Source of the DNA: Phoronis australis
Lineage: Eukaryota > Animalia > Phoronida
NCBI GenBank assembly: GCA_002633005.1
Contig: NMRA01000136.1
Location: forward strand, 542,967-606,966
Reading direction: 5' to 3'
DNA: 64,000 nt
Program-made: the position numbers and the translations under genes
The notes under the pieces: model-generated
Told to the model about the DNA's origin: nothing
Database searches by the model: none
The model's input: only the letters and a program-made list of their open reading frames with translations
Shown: in pieces, positions 49,401-59,320 of the stretch
Layout of the letters: each line of letters begins with the position of its first letter
How positions within the stretch are numbered: the stretch's first letter is position 1

Positions 49401-52261
49401 CTCAAGACATGGTTTTGTAATACTTACAAAAACATTTCATTGAGCATTGTTGTTCCAGTTTACTTTGAAAATGGCGAACTTATAATTATTAAAAATTTTA
49501 GAATGGAGATGTTCCTATATATTTTCAGATTTATTTTATTTGGAGTACCTGTAAACAGTCCCATTGGGAGTGGTTTGTCGATGTTCTTCGGGAGATTGAA
49601 GAAGTTGACGTAGAGGGAGTTGTTGACATACACCTGTTTATAACGAACCACTTTGAAAAATATGACCTCAGGACTTTGTTGATGGTAAGTTTAAGAACTT
49701 CATTTAAGTCAAATGCATAGGCGGATTTGGCTGCCGCAAAAAATAAAACAGCAAGAGCGTAGGGAAATGTTGAGTTTATTAATTAACCCCGGTAATTAAA
49801 GTTATACCGATGAAACAAGATTAAAATATGTGCAGTTTTAGTTTTGAGGCGGGGGGCTCAGATCTAATTTCAAGTGTCAAATTCGGAGCACTGCGCTATC
49901 GTAAAGGAACTATGGCTGCGTATAGGCTCTCTCGCGATATCTCAGGCGACCGGCAGGGGCGCTGCGCACTACGACTCCGTTTCCGTCGTCAGGTCCACTA
50001 TGCAATGAAGAAAATTACTTCGTTTATTAAAAAAAATGGAACCTGATTGACGATGAAAAAACAGAAGCTCCTGGTAACATGTGAACTTTAATGGAAGCCT
50101 CAGTGAATCACTCAGAAACTAATAATTCTCTCTTTGTCAAACCTTAACTTAAGACGATTTCCAAAGCAATCCCGTCATTATTGCCAACACGAAAAACGGA
50201 TTTAGTCTTTTGTGCAATTGAAGACTATTTTAAATACAACAAATTTGTTACGAACCGATTGCACAAAATATAAAACGTGTAATAAGCATTACAGAAAGAA
50301 GTAGGTTTCGCGCGCAAACGCTGTGGAGCATAAACAAGTAGGTCTTTTAGTATCACAGTAGAAGTTAAATCGTGGTGGTGTAGTGGTAAAGCACGCACGG
50401 TCTATCCGCCAGGTCGTGAGTTAGAGTCCGAGTATTTTCAGTTTTCGCTGTTTGACACGTTGTCCGTGTTTTTTTTTTTTTTTTTTTTTTTGCCTTTTTT
50501 ACTTGGATAATACTTCAGGAATCAAGGAAAATGCTTGATTTTTAGAAGAAAAAAAAGAAAAGTTTCCTGGGGCAAACCCCCCTCCCAACCTCCCCCCATT
50601 CGGTGATAAGCGCATCTACAATCTTGGTTTGCGCAACTGCTTACGGACAAAATGTTCGGCCCCCTTGTGATATCCTAGATCCGCCACTGAAATGATAAGT
50701 TAGTCGTACTTACTTACACTGGGTCACGGTCTCACATCACTTGACGCCTACTGTTTGCATATCGGTGCAAACAAACTACGCGTTCTTGATCTCGTTTTCC
50801 GGTCTGCATAGATTTGAATAGAGCATCCAGGAATTTACTGACTAACGGGCCTGTATGATGGCATTCAAATACTTGCAGGTAGGACACTAGAGTCGATGGA
50901 CACGAGGTCATCTTCAATTTTGGCCATCAAGTTTCGTCACTTTTGTTTGGCGACCTTAATTTTCCTGCACGTCCAACAATAATATAGCGTTTCATATTAA
51001 TCCGTGTTGTAAAACACTCATTTTTGTTTTCAGTTTCTAAGTGAAAAACACTTAATCAGTATGACAGACGGGAACTTGCTCACGGGGCTACAATCAGCGA
51101 CACACTTTGGTCGGCCGGACTACTCAGCGATTCTGGATGCTATCTCATGTCAGCACCCGGAGGTTTGTTTGTAACCAATTGTAACTCTTCAACGGGCCTA
51201 CCACAGAACATAAAACTGTTTAAAATGAATGTAAGAAAAAAATAACTGCGCTCGTGTCTTTTATCCCGTTTCCTGATCTGCTCTTTCCTAAAATTAAATC
51301 GCACTTAGCCTCAACCCCATTGGGCGCTTCCTGAAGATTGTCATAGACCTTCTTTTTCTGGACGAATATTTTTGGAAAAGTTGTCAATTTCAGCCCACTT
51401 CTTCACATATTCACATGAACCATTTAAAAAATCACAAAGCCTGTCCACGTAAGTGCCAGTAAGCAAATAGGGAAATTTTGATGATTTGTGTTCGCGCCTG
51501 CAAAAACACCATACTCGTTCAATTCTAGCCGGTTAATTGACTTTTTCATTTAAGAAGTTTGTATAGAGTTAAGAACCATGATAAGTAAAACGAGGATGTT
51601 ATATTTAACGCTTAAAGGTGAACTTAATATTCATGAAAAACCTAGTTCAATCGAAATTCAACAGTGGTCAGCCATATTGCATGACCATAGCGCATGTACT
51701 GTATAGAAAGACAATCCTTCCATACAAAACACCTTAAAAGGACCCGCAAGTCTAAATTAAACATAACTTTACGGTTTGTAGACCTTATCTAGCTGTACGC
51801 CACCTGGTGATGTACGAATTAAACCTCAACCCCTAATTCAGGCTCCATTTATTGATGAGTATATTTTCGAGGTTTTCCACAATAGTTTTTAACTATAAAA
51901 GAACTTTCGCCATCTTTGTATCTGACGCACTCATTCCCTGCCAAATTTTGCTTGCTTATCTTATTGTCGTTGCAATGATGTTTCTGAGAGCATGAGATCT
52001 TTACGTCACTCGGCACACCGGACAGCGGAAACTTTAAAAACGTGATTCTCATACAGAAATTAACGACGGTTACATGACTTTTGAATCTGTAAACTCAAAA
52101 TGGACAGCTGAATTGTTACTGCTCCTTTTCAGGTGACCAAATTTGGTGTCTTCGCTTGCGGCCCTTCCATTATGTCGAAAACTGTGAGGAAGGCATGTTC
52201 CCAACACAATGGACACTCGGACGTGACATTCGATTTTTATGACGAAATATTCAATAACTGA
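19354..52261 (+). CDS. DUOX: Dual oxidase (peroxidase-homology + EF-hand + NADPH oxidase), 31 coding exons, about 1511 aa
   Basis: Hand-spliced exons: 19354-19408, 23974-24048, 24834-24989, 26266-26453, 26803-27010, 27367-27533, 28115-28175, 29276-29372, 29641-29737, 30684-30777, 30906-31078, 37075-37253 (dup 32516-32694), 38128-38246 (33569-33687), 38544-38681 (33920-34057), 39872-40006 (35251-35385), 40741-40943 (partial 36131-36276), 41454-41639, 42379-42592, 42861-42954, 43237-43376, 43561-43693, 44267-44445, 44933-45163, 45767-45863, 47354-47564, 48008-48128, 48379-48593, 48969-49124, 49529-49684, 51034-51162, 52133-52261. Total 4536 nt, all phases compatible, no internal stop. Motifs RYDGYYNN, AFRFGHT, RDGDRFWFEN, four heme His, HPFT, DGPYG, GGIGVT, FGRP, CGP. 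Confidence 0.95.
19679..22794. mobile_element. Possible ~3.1 kb non-autonomous DNA-transposon-like element in DUOX intron 1
   Basis: Degenerate inverted ends (catttcacgaga..actctaggg versus reverse complement cattccacgaga..actctaggg); no ORF; no clear TSD. Confidence 0.35.
23974..24048 (+). CDS. DUOX: DUOX exon 2
   Basis: TSSLEVPRYDGYYNNVANPAWGTP; AG/GT flanks. Confidence 0.92.
24834..24989 (+). CDS. DUOX: DUOX exon 3
   Basis: THLYRKIPAAYSDG...GPSGLPSYKNRTSFLALF. Confidence 0.93.
25140..26010. repeat. Degenerate (CAC/CAT)n low-complexity tract in DUOX intron 3
   Basis: Trinucleotide-like cac/cat/tac runs giving spurious poly-His/Thr/Ile/Val ORFs in several frames. Confidence 0.9.
26266..26453 (+). 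CDS. DUOX: DUOX exon 4
   Basis: QFVSLES..PGCP..IPKCDADYDPKCTG..TGQSPGSPREQ. Confidence 0.93.
26803..27010 (+). CDS. DUOX: DUOX exon 5
   Basis: TNGVSSFIDGSVVYS..RSFKNGKL. Confidence 0.93.
27367..27533 (+). CDS. DUOX: DUOX exon 6
   Basis: TGDGRLFQHP..RYHN..PDWDDETIFQAARRRVIAVQQ. Confidence 0.94.
28115..28175 (+). CDS. DUOX: DUOX exon 7 (GC donor)
   Basis: KIYAYDFYPAFNNDALDPYT; donor CAG|GCAAGT; phases fit both neighbours. Confidence 0.85.
28513..28572 (-). mobile_element. tRNA-derived SINE head fragment
   Basis: Minus-strand A-box TGGTCTAGTGG; degenerate B-box. Confidence 0.45.
29276..29372 (+). CDS. DUOX: DUOX exon 8 (proximal His motif)
   Basis: YKDYVHPGVSHLYQSAAFRFGHTIVPPGFYR. Confidence 0.94.
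29641..29737 (+). CDS. DUOX: DUOX exon 9
   Basis: DAKCNF..GYPAVRMCNTWFHGD. Confidence 0.92.
30684..30777 (+). CDS. DUOX: DUOX exon 10
   Basis: EAFEYGLEPLLLGMASQITEREDHVLNEDVR. Confidence 0.94.
30906..31078 (+). CDS. DUOX: DUOX exon 11
   Basis: KVFGPLQHSRRDLTALNIKRGRDNGFLDYNTAR..DINP. Confidence 0.94.
32516..32694 (+). CDS. DUOX: DUOX exon 12, copy 1
   Basis: VDIFVGGLFES..GPGELF..DQFTRFRDGDRFWFEN. Confidence 0.9.
33569..33687 (+). CDS. DUOX: DUOX exon 13, copy 1
   Basis: FFTDEELEEIYNTTL..DIQENVFFWKE. Confidence 0.9.
33920..34057 (+). CDS. DUOX: DUOX exon 14, copy 1 (start of first TM)
   Basis: DPCEQPKQL..DFFSGSETGFIVIVLGIFIFII. Confidence 0.9.
34560..35165. repeat. Dispersed direct and inverted cacatattgtc motif cluster, transposon-like (second copy ~39190-39780)
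   Basis: Multiple cacata(t/a)tgtc and gaca(a/g)t(a/g)tgtg motifs in both orientations. Confidence 0.4.
35251..35385 (+). CDS. DUOX: DUOX exon 15, copy 1
   Basis: SFLVPVIVLKLRFILRRGRFRSW..; phase 1-1. Confidence 0.85.
36131..36276 (+). CDS. DUOX: DUOX exon 16, copy 1 (truncated at N)
   Basis: IEYHDKGKWRHVSVTF..MIVLQR, then N36277. Confidence 0.8.
37075..37253 (+). CDS. DUOX: DUOX exon 12, copy 2
   Basis: As copy 1; 6 synonymous differences and 1 replacement. Confidence 0.9.
38128..38246 (+). CDS. DUOX: DUOX exon 13, copy 2
   Basis: Protein identical to copy 1. Confidence 0.9.
38544..38681 (+). CDS. DUOX: DUOX exon 14, copy 2
   Basis: DPCEQPKQL..DYFSGSE..TM. Confidence 0.9.
39872..40006 (+). 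CDS. DUOX: DUOX exon 15, copy 2
   Basis: CFLVPVIVLKLKFILRRGRFRSW. Confidence 0.85.
40741..40943 (+). CDS. DUOX: DUOX exon 16 (PH-like domain)
   Basis: IEYHDKGKWRHV..GNILRNINL..GPDL; donor GTGAGT. Confidence 0.9.
41454..41639 (+). CDS. DUOX: DUOX exon 17
   Basis: VLWYKRLADV..ILSEARTLKE..RFLFAE; end given at the first of six repeated donors. Confidence 0.88.
41631..41841. repeat. 36-bp tandem repeat, ~5.8 copies, spanning the exon 17 splice donor
   Basis: Unit TTTGCTGAGGTAATATCACTGCCTTGTTTTATGTTC starting at 41631, 41667, 41703, 41739, 41775 and 41811. Confidence 0.97.
42379..42592 (+). CDS. DUOX: DUOX exon 18 (EF-hand 1)
   Basis: ELSRHEFAEA..SEFVQLIYDTLDSERSGCLKLRKIL. Confidence 0.92.
42861..42954 (+). 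CDS. DUOX: DUOX exon 19 (EF-hand 2)
   Basis: KLKALFDMYDIDGRGKVKKMDFLEVI. Confidence 0.92.
43237..43376 (+). CDS. DUOX: DUOX exon 20 (EF-like 3)
   Basis: TIEEIAN..AMLVSADLDQKQELSFDDLL. Confidence 0.88.
43561..43693 (+). CDS. DUOX: DUOX exon 21 (variable linker)
   Basis: Strong acceptor; phase 1-2 is required to join exons 20 and 22; no conserved motif. Confidence 0.7.
44267..44445 (+). CDS. DUOX: DUOX exon 22
   Basis: NYQQRIHVVLLFYLITLAVFIERFQ (first NOX-domain TM). Confidence 0.9.
44933..45163 (+). CDS. DUOX: DUOX exon 23
   Basis: GVPVTRGSASAMSF..MCKNTI..YIPFDSALTFH. Confidence 0.95.
45266..45400 (+). mobile_element. tRNA-derived SINE
   Basis: A-box-like TGGCCTGGTTGA, B-box GGTTCGAATCC (45319-45329), then a cccttgagc core-like motif. 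No intact cloverleaf. Confidence 0.65.
45767..45863 (+). CDS. DUOX: DUOX exon 24
   Basis: VHVIGHVFNFYHVTTQ..ECIF. Confidence 0.94.
47354..47564 (+). CDS. DUOX: DUOX exon 25
   Basis: FKTATGLTG..CHRLFYVIYALIILHGS (heme His pair 13 residues apart). Confidence 0.95.
48008..48128 (+). CDS. DUOX: DUOX exon 26
   Basis: QPWFHFFFLGPATLFTCDKL..MPS. Confidence 0.93.
48379..48593 (+). CDS. DUOX: DUOX exon 27 (FAD-binding)
   Basis: PGQY..HPFTITSSP..HVRSFGPWT. Confidence 0.95.
48969..49124 (+). CDS. DUOX: DUOX exon 28 (NADPH-binding)
   Basis: MYVDGPYG..AAGGIGVTAFSAILK. Confidence 0.95.
49529..49684 (+). CDS. DUOX: DUOX exon 29
   Basis: IYFIWSTCKQSHWEWF..IHLFIT..KYDLRT. Confidence 0.95.
49716..50689. 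mobile_element. Non-autonomous DNA transposon (hAT-like ends) in DUOX intron 29, with an internal tRNA-like segment
   Basis: Ends CATAGGCGGATTT and, reverse-complemented, CAGTGGCGGATCT; flanking AAATG at 49711-49715 and 50690-50694; A/B-box-like segment ~50372-50432. Confidence 0.55.
51034..51162 (+). CDS. DUOX: DUOX exon 30
   Basis: FLSEKHL..LLTGLQSATHFGRPDY..QHPE. Confidence 0.95.
52133..52261 (+). CDS. DUOX: DUOX exon 31 (terminal)
   Basis: VTKFGVFACGPSIMSKTVRKAC..FYDEIFNN*. Confidence 0.95.
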   Translation: MTKFGVFACGPSIMSKTVRKACSQHNGHSDVTFDFYDEIFNN

Positions 52262-52805
52262 ACAGTCTTGAATGGAAAGCATGTTGCTTATTATTTGTTT
52301 TCTCATGTTACATGTTTGTCTTTATTTATCAAATATTAGATACTGATTATTTAAGTTAGACATCAACAGTGCTACTCAACAAAATATTATTTTATTCCAT
52401 CGGTCAGGTTTATTTTGGATCTGCAGAATTGTCCCGAAAAATCGACGAGGTAGTTTTTCAACAACAGTCCTGTAGCGCAATTGAATAGTCTGAAAAACGT
52501 GCAACAGTATTCTCACACTGTTGCCCGGCGTTTTTTCCTGGTGTCGTTGTTTTTTATGTTTGCTTTTTTCTTACCATTTTGAATTCTATTTGTGCTCTGC
52601 TAATTGTGTTGTTCTAACTCGTCTCTACGTTGTAGGCGCCCTGGTGGCGTTTTTGTATTATGTTTGTCTTGTTGAGCCTTTGTTTTATATTCGTGTTTTG
52701 TAATACTAATTCATATAAATTTACCTTTTGTCTACTCACTTCTTGTTGTACACTTCAGCTTAACAGAAAAGATCCCGAAAAATTGTTTTACTTAACTGAC
52801 AAGTT

Positions 52806-55800
52806 TTTTATGAAACATTTATGAATTCAACCAACCAGTACATAGTTGTGCAGCAAATATGAAATCTAGTTAAGTGTACATCAAAAAAATTACGAACATT
52901 ATCGGACCCTATAAAAACAAGTTAGGCAAAAAAGAAGACAATTCAAGAAGACACTTGTTCCAAAAATTGGACTACTGTTTATACAAATTTTGGGGTTTTA
53001 CCACAAAGGATGGTACAAAGGGTTATCTATCTCACACAGATTGATAAATTCGTATAAGATACAAAAAATATCCTACCATAAATATTCTTAGTACGGTTAG
53101 ATACTTCAAGGAAAAACCAAGAGCCTAACTGAAAAGAGTCATTTTTTATATTAGGAATAATTTCACATAAAACATTTAGCCAAGGATAAGTATTGTTATA
53201 ATAATTTTTGAAGAATCTTCGAATCCAAGTCAGTTAAGTAGCTTTGACAAATGACGCAATATGGACCATATTCTCACCTTCGTCTTCAGATTTCTGTACC
53301 ATGGTTTTTCTAGAGATTCTATCAGACGAGGTACCCCATATAAAATTTAAAAAATATTTTTTCAATGTCCTTAAAAAGTAGCACTTGGAAAAGGAAGTGT
53401 GTAAAAGAGGTGAATCAGTTTTGGTAATAAAAAAGATTTGACAACCGTTATCTTACCAAAGGTAGATAAATTTCTTTTTGACCAATTTTCAATGCCTTTT
53501 CTAACCTCGTTTAATTTTTGCATCGTAGTTTAAGTGAATCATGTCCTGTAAGTTGACAGAGAAGGTAATTCCAAGGGACGTGAACTGAGAACTTGCCCAT
53601 TTTAAATCTTTTTCATAGCAAAGCTTATCACCACAACATATCTTAAAACCAATCCATATACAAACAGTTTTATCGATATTGGGTGTCAAACCAGAATACT
53701 TAGCAAACTGATCAAGAAAATTAAGTGACGATTTTAAAGAGGTCTATGAACCATCTAGAAAGAGGACTGTGTCATCTGCATATTTCATTAATTTATACTC
53801 TAAAGAGCCTACTTTTTTGCCTTTAACATTCTCTCATTGCCTCAACATAGATGCCATAATTTCGGCACACAACAAAAAAGATAAGGTGAAAGGGGATCCC
53901 CTTGTATGCAACCTCGGCAAATGTTAAAGTACTTAGACGTAAAGCCATACTGAATGACCGAAAGTTGGACACTTTCATTGAGTATTGTGAACCAACGAAT
54001 AATATCGTCACCAAAAGTGAACGAGTGTAGAACTTCCTTAAGAAATCCCCAGGACACAGAATCAAAGGATTCTTCAAAATCAATTAATACCAGAAGTCCG
54101 AGAGTATCCTTAACTTGAGTATATTGCAAGATGTCATAAATCACTCTGGTGTTCTCCCCGATAAAACGACCTGGGAGAAACCCAGTTTGATTAGGATGAA
54201 TTAACTTATTTAAAACAGATTCTATCCTTTGAGCAATACATGCTGAAAATAGTTTATAACTTGAATTTAGTAAGGAGATTGGTCTCCAATTTTTAATGTA
54301 TTCACGTGGTTTCTTGCCCTTAGGAATCAAAATAATGACAACTTGACGCATAGTGGTAGGGAGACGGCCGGTTCGAAAACTGTAATTAAAAGATTTGATC
54401 AAAAATGGCAACAATTCTTTCCAAAAATGTGTAAAATTCTACAGGAAAACCACCAGTCCTCGGAGTTTTGTCATTTTTCATACATTTAAGGAAAGCCGCA
54501 GCTTCAGTACATGTTATTGGTCCTTCTAGTTTTTCTTTCAAGTGGGCGTCTAGTTTCGACATATTTTCAGTGGTCACCAAGTCCTCCAACTCATATTGGA
54601 GATAGTCATTTTCTTTGGCTGCATATAAATTTGCATAGAATTTTTCGATTGCACACAGTATTGCTTTTTTGTTTGTCAAGCTTCGTCCAGTCTCGTCTAT
54701 AAGTTTATGGACATTCTTGTTCACGTAATTGCGTTTTTCTAAGTTACTAAAATATTTGGACGGTTTTTCACCATCCTCGATCCATTTTGCCCGAGATCTC
54801 AGCATCATGCCTTTCACTATGCCCTTTCNCCAGTCCTCGGAGTTTTGTCATTTTTCGACATATTTTCAGTGGTCACCAAGTCCTCCAACTCATATTGGAG
54901 ATAGTCATTTTCTTTGGCTGCATATAAATTTGCATAGAATTTTTCGATTGCACACAGTATTGCTTTTTTGTTTGTCAAGCTTCGTCCAGTCTCGTCTATA
55001 AGTTTATGGACATTCTTGTTCACGTAATTGCGTTTTTCTAAGTTACTAAAATATTTGGACGGTTTTTCACCATCCTCGATCCATTTTGCCCGAGATCTCA
55101 GCATCATGCCTTTCACTATGCCCTTTCTAATATTTTCGTTATCTTTCTGCAAATCTGAATAAATTTCAAGGAGAAGAGCAGAATTACTGTTGCACATCAT
55201 TTCCCTAAGAAAACTTAATTGCTCCTCCAAATTCTTTTCGTGTCGATGCTTTTCTTTTTTCTTGAAAGCTAAATAAGACAAAGTATAATTTCTAATATTC
55301 AATAGAATCATCGCAAGAAGAAGAGAGTCGTCTATAGTGGACTGACCGTCTGACAAATTGGAGACATTATCATGAGATAAATATTCCTTCTCGGTTTTAA
55401 CTATGATGTCTTTCACATTACTGATACATTCTACATCACGTAATAATAGACCTTTACCTCTAACACATTTAGAGGCCTGAATAGTAATCACGACACAATG
55501 ATGGTCGGTTCTATAACCTGGGGACGTTTCAATATTTTCTATCCAAGAGGAAAATTCGTCGGACACTAGAAAAAAGTCCAGACGGGCTTGCTTACAAGGG
55601 TTAATTCTGAACCAAGTACAGTTTGTTGTATTTGGGTTACGTAACCGCCACGGGTCGACCAAATTTAACTGCGACATCAGACTCATAGCTTGTTTTCTTG
55701 CAGACGGATTAGTTTGGTGTTTGTATCCTAAACAGTCAAGATTGAAATCCTGAACCAAATTCCAGTTGCCGCAAATGATTATGAACTCTGAATTGTAGTC

Positions 55801-57553
55801 ATAGACTACTTGAAGCAGGGTTCTAAAAAATTTAGGGTCATCCTTGTTGGCCATAAATATTAGCTAACGTTACTGAGACTCGATTTTCAATAAGTAATTC
55901 GATGTCAACAAGGTTTCCTTTATCATCAAGATGGATTTTACCAACTTCACATTCAAAGTTATTATTTGGCAGTATGCAGACACCTCTTGATTCTCTTGTT
56001 CCAGGGCTCATGAAAACATCATATCCCACTGAGTCCTAATAACAGAAATTTCTGATTCAATAAAATGAGTTTCTTGCAAGCAACAGATACCACAACACTT
56101 CCGTCTCAAAAATTCAAAGACATCCTTTCTCTTAATTGTGTCCCTTAGCCCTCTGCAGTTTAAAGATAAGATACTAACCATGTTCCGACAAAAGACATGA
56201 CAAATCGGGTCTATCAATTAAAATACTAAGTGTGATGTATATAGAACGCACACAAGTTGGTAAATCAACAAAAATCGCTCCCAGGAATACGTAAAAAAAC
56301 AAAAAGCGCGTGGCTAAAATGTACTTCACCACCTCTATGATACATACTGGACATCAGCTAAGGCGATACCCGCATTCATAGACCTGTGTTGATATGCAAA
56401 TCAGTTGTAGACACAATGAAAGACTCAACTGAATAGAACACTGCCCACATCAGTCAACTTTACATGTAGATGTAATGGGCCGATGCCTAAAAAGAAACAA
56501 AGAAAGGACTGGCAGTGTTCTATCTGTTACAAAGTCAAGTCAATAGTTATCATACCGTAGCAAAGAAACCAAAAACATACCGTCAGCAAAAAGCTGCGTA
56601 AGCATATCATATGAGCAATAAACCAAACAATATTTTGCAGTCTTTAATTAATGAAATTTTGGAAACACTGTCTACACTCACACGCAGTCACTGGACTTGT
56701 TTAACCTGACGACTCTCGCAAATACGCAGGAATGTCCTGAAAATTATCCACAGAATACGACTTACGATCAATATGAAGTGTGTCTATCGTTAGAAAAATA
56801 GAGTTTACTGAAGGACACGCATTTGCAGCTTTCAAAATCGGGATGAGTGGCTTTCTCCTATTTACCATTAGCCAGGGGAAATCTTCATTCACAAAGAATT
56901 CTGTACACTTGAAATTCTTGCGCCCCGACCAAATTTTCTCTCTTTGTTCGAAAAAGGTGAATTTTGCAATGATAGCCCGAGGTTTTCCATTCTTTTTCAC
57001 TCCTGTTCTCTGCACTCGCTCGAATAAGATGTCTGTTATGTTGAAAACCATTTTCAAAACGGAGCATAACTTTTCTTTACAAGACTCCCCGTCGCTTTCT
57101 TGTATGCCACCGAATCTAAGGTTTGAACGGCGTGATTGAAACTCGATATTACAGAGTTGTTTTTTCAGGTTTTCATTTTCTTCCGTCATCGCCCTTATAT
57201 TTGCTTCATTGTTTTTAGAGCGTTCGCTACTTTCCTACGCCAATGACTGAGTTATTGCAATAGAATTCTTGATTTCTGACAGAGTTGAGCTCAAACCCGC
57301 TAACTGTTCTTTGATAGATGAAAGCCACGCGGGCTCTGTCTCGGCTGCGGTACGAGTTTCGCTACTCATTGAAACTGGCCTCGTAGCCACATAATAATCA
57401 GCGATAGTCTTCTTATTTTTAGAGCGACCCATCATTCAAAACCGTGCAAGCAGAAATACAACTAAGGTAGGAAAAATTTGAATTTCTGGAGGCGTTGCAG
57501 CAGAGCTCCTCAAAATACATCTTCTCGCTCCGCCATTTTAACCGGAAGTCCAT
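52806..57553 (-). mobile_element. L1/Tx1-clade LINE with both ends and a 14-bp TSD; ORF1 and ORF2 (APE + RT) disrupted
   Basis: TSD TTAACTGACAAGTT at 52792-52805 and 57554-57567; 5' end GACTTCCGG..AAAATGGCGG; ORF1 RRSNLRFGGI..AIIAKF..VNEDF; APE SLNCRGL, CLQETH, RLDFF, TDH; RT NWRPISLLN, QTGF, QGDPLSPYLF. Confidence 0.93.
54453..55128. repeat. Overlap duplication across N54829 inside the L1; second copy lacks 78 bp
   Basis: ~54453-54828 repeated at 54830-55128; the ORF track shows a 26-aa in-frame deletion (LDAHL..KCMK). Confidence 0.9.
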
Positions 57554-58599
57554 TTAACTGACAAGTTCATTATCTTGTAAAATTGTGGAGGTTTTTCAAA
57601 AATAACAACGTAATCGAACAAACAACATGAATTATGGGTAATTTCCACTGCGTGTATGTTTGTCACTTTGAAGTGTGTCCCATGGTTCCATGGTGGGCAA
57701 ATCTGCATAGCTCTCACGACAGACTTGAAAATAATTCGCAAATGGTTAAAAAGAAATCATTAAAGGCATGCACAACGATCAACTTCAACGCTTGAAAATT
57801 GTGGAGGTTGAGTTCACATCAGTGTATTATACAGAGACCACATTATATGCAGACTACATTGTATGCAGATCTAGTTATATGCAGTCTCCACTATACACAC
57901 GCCACAATATATGCACTCACACTGCATATACGCAGATCATAATACCCATACTCAGACTACGTTATACACAGACCACATTATACACAAACCACATTACATG
58001 CAGACGGTGTTATACACAGACCAGGTTATACGCAGACCACATTATAAGCATGCTGCATTATACGCTGAGTACGCTGGCAGGTTACAGGAGTCTCAAGACC
58101 AAAACAAAAGCTATGTACACTTATGTAAAATATTGACCACTTTTGATTAGGCGGGAGAGTAAGCAAAACAACCCCGGAAGCAAGCCTTTTCTTAATCTTA
58201 AGGTATTCGTACTCAGTCGATGGAAGACTTGCGTGAGTTTTTTATGGCTTTACACCAGTGCGTTGTCTTGAGATGTCAGGGCAGGTCAAAAGTTTCAGTA
58301 GCAAAGTCGAACTTTTCAGAAACTCCTCGCTCATTCAGCCTATGAGATCTCTCCACTAATCAAACTGGATATTTCTTATTGCTTTTCAACATTTCATTCA
58401 CTGGTATCTGAGACCACGGTTTATCGCTCTGGTAAGCACAACCAGTAGTTATCGCTATTTCATGCAGCCCCAAAAGACAGCTTGCAACCTTAACTTTCAG
58501 ACCTTCAAGCTTCTGGGATATAAGCCTAAAATCTGGAAATCCTCATTTAAGGCCTGGAAACAAAAATCGCAAAGCGGGAGGGGACATACAGGCCGGCAG

Positions 58600-59320
58600 C
58601 CAAGAGCACTTAGCATAGATGAACGAGGTACCAACGTCTGACCACGGGAGTATTTAGTGTCCACCTCAGTATGTACAGAAATGGACGTCTGCCGTTATAT
58701 GCACTCTGGGTGTGACCCCTGGGGGCATTACAAAGGGCCCAAAAATGAGCTAGACTAGATATTCGAGGTACCGGCCAAAACTAATATAAAACGAACAATA
58801 GTACAGCACTGAACACCAAATGACCCATTACAGACAAATTACACTCTGGAATGGGTCCGGCAGAAATCAAAAATGGACCCCCCAAAAATTTGAGCTAGCA
58901 CATACATTCGAGGTACCACAAAACCCGACTCCATGTGATTCAATACATGTCACAGATCACTAAAACCCCAGTGACAGACAAATACACTCTGGGTTGTGCC
59001 CGGCAGAAACCCCCAAAAATCTCAACCACGGTATGCCATCAAAAATTTGACCTAGACTAGATTTTCGAGGTACCGACCAAAACTGAATTTAAACGAACAA
59101 TAGTACCGCACTGAACACCAAATGACTCATGACAGACAAATTGCGCTCTGGAATGGGTCCGGAAGAAACCAAAAATGGACCCCCCAAAAATGAGCTAGTA
59201 CATACATTCGAGGTACTACAAAAAACCAACTCCATGTGATTCAATACATGTCACAGATCACTAAATGCCCTATAACAGACAAAATACGCTCTAGAGGTGC
59301 CCGGCATAAACCCCCTTTAC
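58600..59320. repeat. Higher-order tandem repeat: ~302-bp dimer of two related ~150-bp subunits, about 2 copies plus a partial
   Basis: ctag..ttcgaggtac anchors at ~58750, ~58895, ~59050 and ~59195; alternating subunits are more similar to each other. Confidence 0.85.

Noticed and set aside
54453-55128. Biological tandem duplication within L1 ORF2
   Set aside because: The breakpoint coincides with N54829; most likely a contig overlap of two alleles or copies.
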